A stretch of 64,000 nucleotides of DNA from positions 131,762 through 195,761 of IMG/VR virus record IMGVR_UViG_3300050034_000187; one strand, given 5' to 3'. Shown in pieces: positions 29,041-38,139 of the stretch (position 1 is the first letter of the stretch; each line of letters starts with the position of its first letter). Position numbers and translations under genes: made by a program. A model generated the notes under the pieces. That model was not told where the DNA came from, did no database searches, and saw nothing but the letters and a program-made list of their open reading frames with translations. Source of the stretch: a virus.

Positions 29041-29463
29041 AAAGCATTACTGTTAAAAGCTGTTATAATACAAATAGAAAGAAGGCAAAATGCAAACTAT
29101 TAAAATGTATATGGCGTATGATATGGCAAGATTTTTACATAGGAATCAATTAGATAAAGCTGGTAAGAAATATTTTAATCATCCGCTGCGCGTTGCTGAA
29201 AAAGTAAAATCATATGGAGAATTATATTATGTTGCTGCCATACTCCATGACTGCGTAGAGGATACCTCGATAACCTTGAAAGATATTATATACTATTTCG
29301 GAGAAGATGTTGGAGAAATTGTAGATTGTATTAGTCGCAGGAACGGAGAAAAGTATATGGATTTTGTTGATCGATGCAAGAAGAATGAAATTGCAAAGAT
29401 TATTAAACTAGCAGATATAGAAGACAATTCTGATCCGATTAGGAGGTTTGGCGATGATAAGAG

Positions 29464-30666
29464 TTATGCCTCGCTAATTAGTGAACTACTGCGACCATAA
29501 CGGGTAGCAGCTTCCTGCTTCATCGATACAACTTTCATATCTCCACAGGCATTTTTACTGGTGGCAATTCCTGCCATACCAATCTTTAAAATATTAACTG
29601 CTGCATTATAATCGCGGTTTGCTACAAAACCACAAGCAGGGCATACATATTTCCTTTCGGAAAGAGGCATCTTTTGTTGACGGCCGCATTCGGAACATAA
29701 TTGAGAGGAAGGTGCAAACCGAGCTATTTTATGCATTGCTCCACCTTTCCATTTCATCTTGTATTCCAAATATGTTATGAATTGACTCCAGCCGCAATCC
29801 GATATTGCTTTTGCCAATTTGTGATTTTTTAACATGTTCTTTACAGCTAGGTCTTCTACAAATACATTGTCATTGCTTTTGGCTATCGAGCAACTACCTT
29901 TATGTAAGAAATCCTTTCTTTGAAATCTTGTTTTTCTATACATCTTTGCTAATTTAACTTTTGCTTTGCTATAATTATGACTTCCTTTTTTCTTTCTTGC
30001 TAAATTTTGTTGCAATTTCTTTATTTTATCTTCTGAATTTCTTAGGTACTTTGGATTATCAATATATTCACTTTCTGAGGTAACCGCGAATGACTTAATT
30101 CCTAAGTCAATGCCCAAAGAGGTACTTTCTTTAACTTCTAATTGATATGAAATATCCGGTACTTCGGTTAAAATAGAAACGTACCATTGATCGATATATC
30201 TAGAAATAGTAATTGATTTCATAATACCAATTAATTCTCGATGTTTCTTAATTTTTATTTGACTTAATTTGGGAATTTTGATATACTTATCAAGTAAAGA
30301 AATATGTTTTCCTACTTGAGGAATATAAATACCTGATTCATTGGAACCTTTCTTTTTAAAGTGGGGAAATCCCACGTCCATGCTTTTGCGATTCTTACAA
30401 TAAGTTCGTAAGGATTGATCCAAGGATCTTCCTATGTATTGAAGAGAATGTGCAGGAGCATTTAACCAAGGATATTGAACTTTCAACGAAGGTAATTGCA
30501 TATTTAATGCATATTTCCAAATAAATGTCTTATCTTTCTTATATTGCTCAATATTTTGCTCTAAGAATAGGTTCCAAATAAATCTGGTTTGTCCTAACCA
30601 ATTGATCAAGGCATTAGCTTGTTCTTTGTTTGGATAAATTCGATATTTGAATGCCCTGTTCATCAT
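29464..30666 (-). CDS. tnpB: RNA-guided endonuclease TnpB
   Basis: RAFKYRIYP, GIDLG, VEDL, PSSQLCSECG, NRDYNAAVN; ORF reads through the right end. Confidence 0.95.
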   Translation of the reverse strand: MMNRAFKYRIYPNKEQANALINWLGQTRFIWNLFLEQNIEQYKKDKTFIWKYALNMQLPSLKVQYPWLNAPAHSLQYIGRSLDQSLRTYCKNRKSMDVGFPHFKKKGSNESGIYIPQVGKHISLLDKYIKIPKLSQIKIKKHRELIGIMKSITISRYIDQWYVSILTEVPDISYQLEVKESTSLGIDLGIKSFAVTSESEYIDNPKYLRNSEDKIKKLQQNLARKKKGSHNYSKAKVKLAKMYRKTRFQRKDFLHKGSCSIAKSNDNVFVEDLAVKNMLKNHKLAKAISDCGWSQFITYLEYKMKWKGGAMHKIARFAPSSQLCSECGRQQKMPLSERKYVCPACGFVANRDYNAAVNILKIGMAGIATSKNACGDMKVVSMKQEAATRYGRSSSLISEA

Positions 30667-30722
30667 AGATATTTATACTTTACAAAACGAGCCAGTCAAA
30701 CTCATTCTGGTTCAAAAACACA
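29481..30722 (-). mobile_element. non-autonomous IS1341-like tnpB-only element
   Basis: Right end GTAGTTCAC, left hairpin GAACCAG…CTGGCTC, inserted 3' of TTTAT on the minus strand, no target duplication. Confidence 0.85.
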
Positions 30723-30764
30723 ATAAATACGCCAGAGCAAGGAAGCGTTTGACGGAGGAGCTAA

Positions 30765-31097
30765 ATGTTTAAAAAATGGTGGAATAAACTATTAAGTAAA
30801 AATAAAAAATACAATAATAAAAAGAATTTATCATACGAAAAAGAAAAGGCAACCAAAAATCATGAGCCTTGGGTTGGTATTGTATCAATCAATGTTGACC
30901 CAGAAGATATGGGTTCAGGTTCATTTGAGCTTGATTGGAATGAAATATTCGTTGCCCGTCTTGTTAGATTGGGGTGGTCTGGAAAAAATGATGTTGATAT
31001 TGTGAATGCATGGTTCTCCGATTTGTGCGGAGGAGTATATTATAATATGTTTGAAGATGAAATGGCTGATCCAGACAATAGGAAGCCGAAGGAATAA
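30765..31097 (+). CDS. phage hypothetical protein
   Basis: GGAGGAG SD; EPWV…GSFELDWNEIFV. Confidence 0.7.
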   Translation: MFKKWWNKLLSKNKKYNNKKNLSYEKEKATKNHEPWVGIVSINVDPEDMGSGSFELDWNEIFVARLVRLGWSGKNDVDIVNAWFSDLCGGVYYNMFEDEMADPDNRKPKE

Positions 31098-31098
31098 T

Positions 31099-32085
31099 AT
31101 GAAAAAGTTTTTACTTGTAGATGCCTCACATTTATATCATCGGGCCAAACATTCTGTAAAGGGAAATGATTATGATAAAGCTGGTTTTTGTCTTCATTTA
31201 ATTTTTTCTTGTTTAGGAAAAGTTTGGAGAAAGTATAAGTCGGATCATATTGTATTTGCTTTTGATGGTAACCAATATTGGCGCAGAGAATTATATTCCC
31301 CTTATAAAAAGCAACGTATTGAAAAAGCAGCTAAGCGAAGTCAAGAAGAAAAAGAAGAAGATGATTATTTTTTTGAAGTCTTCGAAGTTTTTAAAAAGTT
31401 TGTTACGGAAAAAACAAACTGCACAGTATTATATCATCCTAAATTAGAAGCAGATGACAATATTGCTGGCTGGGTACAATCACATCCAAATGATGAACAT
31501 ATTATTGTATCGGGAGACAAGGATTTTGAGCAATTAATTTCATCAAATGTTTCTCTGTATGATGGAATTAAAGATCATCTAAATACGTTGACTGGGGTAT
31601 ATGATGAAAGAGGGCATCAAGTAACTGATAAGTTTGGAACTGTTTTAATTCCAAATCCAGAATTAAGTTTATTTGAAAAAGAAGTTAAAGGTTGCACAAC
31701 TGATAATATTTTTTCATCAAGTCCGGGCATTCGTATAAAATCTTCTAAAAACAAAGTTGGATTAATGGAAGCATTTGAAGATAGAAATAAAAAAGGGTTT
31801 GCGTGGAGCGCAGTTATGATGAATCGATGGGTCGATCATAATAATATTGAACATCGTACCTTGGATGATTATACTCGAAATGTTACCTTGGTGGATTTAA
31901 AGAAGCAACCAGAAGAAATTAAAAAAATCATGAATGAAACTATTTCATCTGCTATTCAAAAGCCGCATGTTCCCATGGTAGGAATTCATTTCATGAAATT
32001 CTGTTCAAAATATGAATTAGTTAAATTAGGAGAGATGAATAAGTTTTATGGGGAAATGTTAAATAAACCATATGGCACTCTCTAG
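31099..32085 (+). CDS. rnh: T4 RNase H-like 5'-3' exonuclease (FEN/PIN)
   Basis: LLVDAS, AFDG..YWR…YK..R, EADD, IVSGDKDF.QL, DNI. Confidence 0.88.
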   Translation: MKKFLLVDASHLYHRAKHSVKGNDYDKAGFCLHLIFSCLGKVWRKYKSDHIVFAFDGNQYWRRELYSPYKKQRIEKAAKRSQEEKEEDDYFFEVFEVFKKFVTEKTNCTVLYHPKLEADDNIAGWVQSHPNDEHIIVSGDKDFEQLISSNVSLYDGIKDHLNTLTGVYDERGHQVTDKFGTVLIPNPELSLFEKEVKGCTTDNIFSSSPGIRIKSSKNKVGLMEAFEDRNKKGFAWSAVMMNRWVDHNNIEHRTLDDYTRNVTLVDLKKQPEEIKKIMNETISSAIQKPHVPMVGIHFMKFCSKYELVKLGEMNKFYGEMLNKPYGTL

Positions 32086-32425
32086 AGCAGAATGGGAAGA
32101 AGAAGCAAAAAAGAATCTTCCTTCCATCATTAATGGAATGTCAATTGACGATGAGCAATGGTGGAAACTTCCAATTTCAAAAACCAATTTCAGATTAACA
32201 CAGATGGGATATACTCGATTTAAAATTGCCATTCCAAAGTATTACGAATATACCGGAATAAATATGGGAAGACTTAATGGAAATTCTATTTTAGGATTAT
32301 CCAGAATAACTTCTCCTTTTTATCTTAGTTCACAAAAATTTTGTACTTGGTCCGAGGATGATGCACTTATGTTTTCAATGCTCGGGGAAAATATGGATGA
32401 ATTTATCCTATCTTACATATCATAG
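32072..32425 (+). CDS. hypothetical protein
   Basis: WW…FRLT..G pattern; overlaps rnh. Confidence 0.6.
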   Translation: MALSRAEWEEEAKKNLPSIINGMSIDDEQWWKLPISKTNFRLTQMGYTRFKIAIPKYYEYTGINMGRLNGNSILGLSRITSPFYLSSQKFCTWSEDDALMFSMLGENMDEFILSYIS

Positions 32426-32438
32426 GAGGCTATCTCAC

Positions 32439-32912
32439 ATGAAGTCATTTAGTGAGTACCTTGTTGAAGTTGAAAAAGAATCAAAAGGAACATTTGCTGG
32501 ATTAAAATTATCTCCGCAAAGTTCTTTAAAATTATATTCTGCTCTTTCCGATTTGGAAATTGAAAATAAATTAAATGCAGAACAATATCACTGTACTATT
32601 ATTTGCTCTAAAAAATATGTTCCTGAATTAGAAGGAATCAAACCAAATTTACCAATTAGCTCTCAATGTCTTGATTGGGATATGTTGGGAGATTGCTTAG
32701 TTATTACTTTAAAAGGAAAGCATCTTTATAAGCTATATGAGGAATGTATTAATATGGGTGCAGTGAGTGATTTTGAAGAATACATTCCTCATATCACAAT
32801 TGCTCCTCATTATGAAGGGGAACTTCCAACTATTCCATGTCCAAAAATTAAACTACTATTTGATGAATTCGCGGTTGATGAATTAAATGACGAGGTATAT
32901 AAAAATGAGTAA
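32439..32912 (+). CDS. acb1: Acb1/T4 gp57B-like 2H phosphoesterase (anti-CBASS)
   Basis: Two HxT motifs (YHCTIICS, YIPHITIA) with GAVSDFEEYIPHIT matching 57B GATHDFDDYTPHIT; AGGAGG SD. Confidence 0.8.
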   Translation: MKSFSEYLVEVEKESKGTFAGLKLSPQSSLKLYSALSDLEIENKLNAEQYHCTIICSKKYVPELEGIKPNLPISSQCLDWDMLGDCLVITLKGKHLYKLYEECINMGAVSDFEEYIPHITIAPHYEGELPTIPCPKIKLLFDEFAVDELNDEVYKNE

Positions 32913-33723
32913 AGCTCCAATTGTAATTTGTGCTATTATGAAGTTAGAAGGGAAATATATACGAGAATGGTGTGCATTCCATCGCATTGCTGGTGTAGAT
33001 AAAATTTATATCTATAATAACAATGTAGAAAATGATTGGGAGGAAGCTCTACAGCCGTTTCTTGAGGATGGTTTTGTTGAAGTGATGGATTGGCCAATGG
33101 AATCTCCTTGCCAACTACAAGCGTATCAGAACTTCATTAATAAGCATATGGGGGAAGATATCTGGGCAGCATTTATTGATTGTGATGAATTTTTATTTGC
33201 TCCGCAACATTCAACTCTGCATGCTTATTTTGATCAAATTCCAAAATCAATTGCGATTGGCGCTAATTGGTGTTGTTTTGGTTCCGGCGATCAAACTGAA
33301 TATTCTCCTCAGCCGGTGATTGAAAGATTTGCATATCGGACTTGCGATAATGAATGGAATAATTCTCATATTAAAAGTATTATTCGAATGAATCAACAAG
33401 TACAATTGCTAGGTACTCCTCATTTTTTTAATGTAGAAAATAAAACTTGGTCTACTTCTGGCAAAGAAATCAATGGACCTTTTTCTACGCATGATTCTTC
33501 ATACCTACGAATTAATCATTATAAAACCAAAAGTAAGCCTGAATTTATTGATCGTTGCAAAAAGGCCAAAAAAGCAGATATTCCAAATTATGTATTAAAT
33601 TGGGAACATTATAATTCCGTTCAAGCAAAAGCGGTACATGATATTACTATTCAAAAATATCTTCCACAATTAAAAAAATATTTGGAAGAACTGAATTCAA
33701 AACAATTAAATTTTAAATTCTAA
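32905..33723 (+). CDS. glycosyltransferase (GT92/GT2-like)
   Basis: ICAIMK.EG.YI.EW..FH…GVD..YIYNN, WAAFIDCDEF (DxD), INHY. Confidence 0.85.
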   Translation: MSKAPIVICAIMKLEGKYIREWCAFHRIAGVDKIYIYNNNVENDWEEALQPFLEDGFVEVMDWPMESPCQLQAYQNFINKHMGEDIWAAFIDCDEFLFAPQHSTLHAYFDQIPKSIAIGANWCCFGSGDQTEYSPQPVIERFAYRTCDNEWNNSHIKSIIRMNQQVQLLGTPHFFNVENKTWSTSGKEINGPFSTHDSSYLRINHYKTKSKPEFIDRCKKAKKADIPNYVLNWEHYNSVQAKAVHDITIQKYLPQLKKYLEELNSKQLNFKF

Positions 33724-33749
33724 AAGATGGGCAAATTGCCCATCTTTTT
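33722..33749 (+). terminator. intrinsic terminator
   Basis: AAAAGATGGGCA-AAT-TGCCCATCTTTTT. Confidence 0.8.
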
Positions 33750-33785
33750 CTTGCAATCAAGGTGAATCTATGATAATATTCAGAT

Positions 33786-34016
33786 ATGAAAACACCATCT
33801 GATCTTGATCCGTGGGGAGAGAATGCAAAAGATATTAATGGATTTCATGTGAAAAACGGATGTTTGGCGAGAGAACTTTCTACCGGCTTCTGCGGAAAAA
33901 TGAAATATGATTTCGAAGACAGCTATTGGGAATTAGATGGAGAAATTGTTGATCCCAAAGAGGTAGAAGTTATAACTGATCCCTATGAAATTCTAGCATT
34001 GGAGATGGAACAATGA
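33786..34016 (+). CDS. C-terminal-tag family (TDPxE subtype)
   Basis: KDING…ITDPYEILALEMEQ; leaderless promoter. Confidence 0.75.
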   Translation: MKTPSDLDPWGENAKDINGFHVKNGCLARELSTGFCGKMKYDFEDSYWELDGEIVDPKEVEVITDPYEILALEMEQ

Positions 34017-34270
34017 TAACTTATTGGCGTGATTTGCATCTGAAGAAAGGGATGTATATTGCCGCAGCCTTGCTTTTGGATGGCACGGTCCAAAGAATAT
34101 ACAAAGTTAAAAAAGTGGATAAAAGTGAAATATTATTGGAAAATATCCCTACCGGACTCAGCAAAGGAGAGAATATAATTACCGCAAAAACTTATTGGAT
34201 TATTCACAAAAATTATTTCGTCAAGATTTTATCTGACGAAGACGTTCTTCAACTTCAAATGGAGCTATAA
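34013..34270 (+). CDS. C-terminal-tag family
   Basis: LKKGMYI…LSDEDVLQLQMEL. Confidence 0.78.
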   Translation: MITYWRDLHLKKGMYIAAALLLDGTVQRIYKVKKVDKSEILLENIPTGLSKGENIITAKTYWIIHKNYFVKILSDEDVLQLQMEL

Positions 34271-34271
34271 T

Positions 34272-34529
34272 ATGGAAGATTTTATGCGGCTTTCTGATAA
34301 AAATGGAAATGACGTTCAAGAAGGAGACTATGTTCGCATCCAAACAAATTCCATATCAGGAACTTTAATTGTCACCACACAAAAAGTAGTTAGATCCTTC
34401 TGGGTGGATACAAAAACAATGGAACCAATTTGTTATATTAGAGATAAGAATTGGGAGCGAATAGATTCCAGCCGAATAGAACTTATAACTGATCCTTATG
34501 AAATTTTGGCATTACAGATGGAGGAATAA
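34272..34529 (+). CDS. C-terminal-tag family (TDPxE subtype)
   Basis: DKNGNDVQEGDYV (YopX-like)…ITDPYEILALQMEE. Confidence 0.78.
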   Translation: MEDFMRLSDKNGNDVQEGDYVRIQTNSISGTLIVTTQKVVRSFWVDTKTMEPICYIRDKNWERIDSSRIELITDPYEILALQMEE

Positions 34530-34532
34530 TAT

Positions 34533-34916
34533 ATGCATGGCGATATAACTTTTAAAATTGGAGATCTTGCTGCTTCTTTTATCATTGATCCAGAAAATGA
34601 GGAAAAATGGCTTATCGTGGGAAAATTAATTAACGATGAAAAAGGGTGGAAAGTATATGATGTTCCAACAGGTTATGGAGATACCTCGATATTAAAGCAG
34701 AGAAAGGGGAGTTTTCGTACTATGATTCTTGATAAAAATGGAGTAGAATTTACTGAAGGATGCTGGTTAAAAGTGGACGGCAAGGAACCACAATTTGTGA
34801 AAGGAAAGAATATAGTCATGGATCTTTCGGAACTTGGAAATAATGAATATATAATCAACGGCATGGAAATCATTACCGATCCATCTGAAATTCTGGCGTT
34901 AGAAATGGAACAATAA
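34533..34916 (+). CDS. C-terminal-tag family (two domains, TDPxE subtype)
   Basis: FKIGDL…DKNGVEFTEG…ITDPSEILALEMEQ. Confidence 0.75.
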   Translation: MHGDITFKIGDLAASFIIDPENEEKWLIVGKLINDEKGWKVYDVPTGYGDTSILKQRKGSFRTMILDKNGVEFTEGCWLKVDGKEPQFVKGKNIVMDLSELGNNEYIINGMEIITDPSEILALEMEQ

Positions 34917-35004
34917 TATATTTTATCATTGACAATGCTCTCCAAATTTGATATTCTTATTATGTTGTTGAGAGACAACAAATCAAAAAGGAGAATATCA
35001 GCAT

Positions 35005-36060
35005 ATGGCAAGCGTCAATATCAAGCACGGAATCTACCATCCTACTCATCCTGAAATCATTGAAAACGAAACGTTTGAACTGGTGAAGGACTTGCAGAAT
35101 ACCACAAAGGGTGATTTTGGCGGGTTCCTTACCGTAAAGGATATGGATCGTTTCGGCGGTAATGGCCTTGCTCGTATCTACATCTATGGCCTCAAGGATT
35201 TCATGATCTTTGGAGAAGTTCGCCAGCAGAACGGCCATGATTATTCGAATGATGCTGCCTTTCAACCCGAAGTGCCTGTTGAGAGCGATGAAGAGATTAT
35301 GACTCGTATCAATGAGAGGTTCAATGTGCTGGATAAGCTTACTCTCGCAGCCGCAAAGGGCACCATTCGTTCTCTCATTGTTTCCGGGGCACCGGGAGTT
35401 GGGAAGTCATTTGGCATCAACAAGATGCTGGAAGAGTATGCCGAGAGCAAGCGCGATACCTTGAAGTCTTCCGAAGAACGCTTTGTCTTTGTTTCGGGGG
35501 TAATGCGTCCGGTTGCTCTTTATATGAAATTCTTTGAATATTCGAAAAATTCGGTAATTGTGCTTGACGACGTAGATTCTGCGTTTGGAGATGTGGATTC
35601 TATCAATTTGCTCAAATCCGCACTCGATTCTTCCCCAAAGCGTACCATTCATTGGGGTTCGCAGAACCCCACCCTTCGGGCATTGGATATTCCTGATTCT
35701 TTTGAATTTACCAGTTCCGTAATTTTCGTAACCAACATCAACATCAAGAACGTGCGTGCCGGTGATTCGAAAAAGGTTCATCTGGATGCCCTTCTTTCGC
35801 GCAGCCATTATATTGACCTCACGGTCCACACTCCCCGGGAAAAGATGCTTCGCATCGAGTCCGTTGTGCTTCAGAATGGTATGCTGGACAGATATCATCT
35901 TAGCGGAGAGTGCAAGCTGGATATCATGGAATTTATTCGGAAGAATGCGGATAAATTCAGCGAAGCTCTTAGCTTGCGCACGGTGGTAAAGATTGCTGAT
36001 CTGGCTGTTGCATTTCCCAATGCAGAATGGAAGGCGATTGCAAAGATTAGCTTGATGTAA
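35005..36060 (+). CDS. AAA+/P-loop ATPase
   Basis: Walker A GAPGVGKS, Walker B IVLDDVD, sensor IFVTN, ALLSRS arginine finger; TTGACA promoter. Confidence 0.85.
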   Translation: MASVNIKHGIYHPTHPEIIENETFELVKDLQNTTKGDFGGFLTVKDMDRFGGNGLARIYIYGLKDFMIFGEVRQQNGHDYSNDAAFQPEVPVESDEEIMTRINERFNVLDKLTLAAAKGTIRSLIVSGAPGVGKSFGINKMLEEYAESKRDTLKSSEERFVFVSGVMRPVALYMKFFEYSKNSVIVLDDVDSAFGDVDSINLLKSALDSSPKRTIHWGSQNPTLRALDIPDSFEFTSSVIFVTNINIKNVRAGDSKKVHLDALLSRSHYIDLTVHTPREKMLRIESVVLQNGMLDRYHLSGECKLDIMEFIRKNADKFSEALSLRTVVKIADLAVAFPNAEWKAIAKISLM

Positions 36061-36089
36061 AAGGAAGGGGATTAATCCCCTTCCTTTTT
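36061..36089 (+). terminator. intrinsic terminator
   Basis: AAGGAAGGGGA-TTAA-TCCCCTTCCTTTTT. Confidence 0.85.
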
Positions 36090-36217
36090 CTTTATCAGTT
36101 TTGCAAAAGTGTGATATACTTTTAATATATTTACGTACTTAATTCACTGGCCGCGAAGTTTCCTCATGACATTAATGCGGGATTTAAAAGAATAAGGAGA
36201 ATCAAGGATATGACTCA

Positions 36218-36520
36218 ATGAATACAAACCGCATCATTCGCCACTGTAAACGCCAGTCTTGCGGTCATGTTTGGGCGCGGCAGTATGAAACCGCTCCCAA
36301 CGCTCGCGCACCTTTCCGCATTGATGAATCAGGCAAGAGAGTATTTGCCAGCGATAGCTACGAGTGGACTTGCCCGAAGTGTAATTCGCAATGTGTCACA
36401 GGCAATACCGTCCAAGGCTTTATCTCTAAGCATAAATGCGGAGCAAAGTGTACCGGAGCCATCGGTCCTAACTGTGAGTGTTCATGCGGAGGAGCTAACC
36501 ATGGGAAGAATTGGCTGTAA
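36218..36520 (+). CDS. Cys-rich zinc-binding protein
   Basis: C….C, CPKC, KCGAKCTGA.G..CECSCGG.NHG. Confidence 0.7.
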   Translation: MNTNRIIRHCKRQSCGHVWARQYETAPNARAPFRIDESGKRVFASDSYEWTCPKCNSQCVTGNTVQGFISKHKCGAKCTGAIGPNCECSCGGANHGKNWL

Positions 36521-36570
36521 ACCGTCAGCCACCCCCGAAAAAGAGTTGCAATATATTATGGAGACCTACC

Positions 36571-36822
36571 ATGATTGATGAATACAAAATCGGAGATTGG
36601 GTCTACATCGAAACTCCAATTTGGTCTAATATTGGAAAAATTTATAAATGCCATCTTACTACTGCTTGGGATAGGAAGTATTACGATTACGTAGCAGTTA
36701 TTATCAATGGGGACTGGCTTTGGAATATTCCTTATGACAGAACCGCATGGGCGCATTTCTATACAAAGAATGTTCGTAAATTATCCAACGAAGAAATTCT
36801 GCAATATCAAATGGAGTGCTAG
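36571..36822 (+). CDS. C-terminal-tag family
   Basis: MIDEYKIGDWV…LSNEEILQYQMEC. Confidence 0.82.
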   Translation: MIDEYKIGDWVYIETPIWSNIGKIYKCHLTTAWDRKYYDYVAVIINGDWLWNIPYDRTAWAHFYTKNVRKLSNEEILQYQMEC

Positions 36823-36903
36823 GAGGGTACTAGGCCAGTCTACAAACGGCAGGAAGGTGCCCCAGATGAGCGGGAATAGGCATTGTATAAGAGGAGCAAG
36901 ACA

Positions 36904-37149
36904 ATGAAATATGAACCAAAGGTTGGTGATATATTCAAGGTATCGTTTAAAGGAATTGATTATGTCTGCCATATTATTGAAATTGGTATATGGCAACAAA
37001 CAACAATTGTCAAGTATCGATGGATTAATCAAAATGGCGCAAGTGGTATTTCAACCGACACCCTTCATTCTATTTCGAATTTGGAAAATGAATCCAGTTT
37101 TTATCTTTATAATGAAGAAGAGAAGATGCAATTTATCATGGAGCAATAA
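36904..37149 (+). CDS. C-terminal-tag family (YNEEEK subtype)
   Basis: PKVGDIF…YNEEEKMQFIMEQ. Confidence 0.82.
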   Translation: MKYEPKVGDIFKVSFKGIDYVCHIIEIGIWQQTTIVKYRWINQNGASGISTDTLHSISNLENESSFYLYNEEEKMQFIMEQ

Positions 37150-37150
37150 A

Positions 37151-37411
37151 ATGATTGATGAATACAAAATCGGCGACTATGTGAAAATTACAAGTATAGA
37201 GACGGGATGGCTGCTGGGGAAGGTTGAAAGTATTGATGCAAAAATTAACGATTATCCTTTGTGCAGTTTCATTAATTTTAAAATTATTGAAAATAATCGA
37301 TATGATAATTGGTATGTTCCCTGTGATAAAACCAAATGGCCAGAATCAGCAAGCATTGAAGTAAATAGATTATCTAACGAAGAAGCACTACAATTTATTA
37401 TGGAGCAATGA
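37151..37411 (+). CDS. C-terminal-tag family
   Basis: MIDEYKIGDYV…LSNEEALQFIMEQ. Confidence 0.82.
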   Translation: MIDEYKIGDYVKITSIETGWLLGKVESIDAKINDYPLCSFINFKIIENNRYDNWYVPCDKTKWPESASIEVNRLSNEEALQFIMEQ

Positions 37412-37412
37412 T

Positions 37413-37637
37413 ATGAAAATAGAAGTGGGGAAATATTATAGCATTTTCATTAATGAAGAATGGGTTTTAAAAGTTGTAAAAATTGAGAACAATGATATTT
37501 TTTATATTTGCATTAACCATCCAGAAAAACAATACATAGATAGAACTAGATATGAATTTGCTCGTTGGTTATCGCCGGAATATAAAGCAAAAATTCTAAC
37601 CGAAGAAGAAGTTCTACAATGGAAAATGGAGCAGTAA
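37413..37637 (+). CDS. C-terminal-tag family
   Basis: IEVGKYY…LTEEEVLQWKMEQ. Confidence 0.82.
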   Translation: MKIEVGKYYSIFINEEWVLKVVKIENNDIFYICINHPEKQYIDRTRYEFARWLSPEYKAKILTEEEVLQWKMEQ

Positions 37638-37638
37638 T

Positions 37639-37893
37639 ATGAAATTTAAAATTGGCGATATCTTGAAAATTGAAAGTACCGGAGTAATGGTCATGGTAGG
37701 AGAAGTGGTAGGGATGAGTAAATTTTCGTGCGGAGCACCAGATAATGTTCTCTGTTACAAAATCAAAGTGTTCTTTCCATATGGCGCTGCATGGAATGTT
37801 CCAGTTAGCAAATCATTTTATAAACAATTCATAACCAAAACAGTACATAAATTATCAAACGAAGAATATCTGCAATATGTGATGGAGCTATAA
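37639..37893 (+). CDS. C-terminal-tag family
   Basis: MKFKIGDIL…LSNEEYLQYVMEL. Confidence 0.82.
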   Translation: MKFKIGDILKIESTGVMVMVGEVVGMSKFSCGAPDNVLCYKIKVFFPYGAAWNVPVSKSFYKQFITKTVHKLSNEEYLQYVMEL

Positions 37894-37895
37894 AA

Positions 37896-38138
37896 ATGAA
37901 TGAATATGTTCCAAAAATCGGTGATGTATTTGACCTAACTTTGGTAGATGACTATATTATTGAAATTAAGAGGATACCGCCAAATAGTATTGGATACAAG
38001 TGGATCAATTTAACTCGATCTGTTGAAAAAATTGAAAGTCATCTACCGCCCGTGGGAGTCTGGCGCACATGGATATCTAATCCAAGCTTTCATCTTTATA
38101 ATGAAGAAGAGAAATTACAATATTTAATGGAGCAATAA
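37896..38138 (+). CDS. C-terminal-tag family (YNEEEK subtype)
   Basis: PKIGDVF…YNEEEKLQYLMEQ. Confidence 0.82.
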   Translation: MNEYVPKIGDVFDLTLVDDYIIEIKRIPPNSIGYKWINLTRSVEKIESHLPPVGVWRTWISNPSFHLYNEEEKLQYLMEQ

Positions 38139-38139
38139 T

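Larger units (their letters stand above)
27051..29055 (+). mobile_element. IS607-family element
   Basis: Serine-recombinase TnpA plus TnpB; TGTTA at both junctions, and removal rebuilds a TTGCAA-17-TATAAT promoter. Confidence 0.85.
29090..30772 (+). pseudogene. HD-domain (RelA/SpoT-hydrolase/Mesh1-like) phosphohydrolase interrupted near its 3' end
   Basis: H.NQ.DKAG..Y..HP, AILHDCVED, IKLADIEDN; removing 29481-30722 restores …SLINKYARARKRLTEELNV-stop. Confidence 0.8.

Noticed and set aside
29464-30722. IStron (self-splicing IS) rescuing the HD gene
   Set aside because: The element is antisense to the HD gene and has only about 55 nt outside tnpB, too little for a group I intron.
36823-36900. 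GC-richer spacer within the largest array as an ncRNA
   Set aside because: No convincing stem structure or repeat found; too little evidence.
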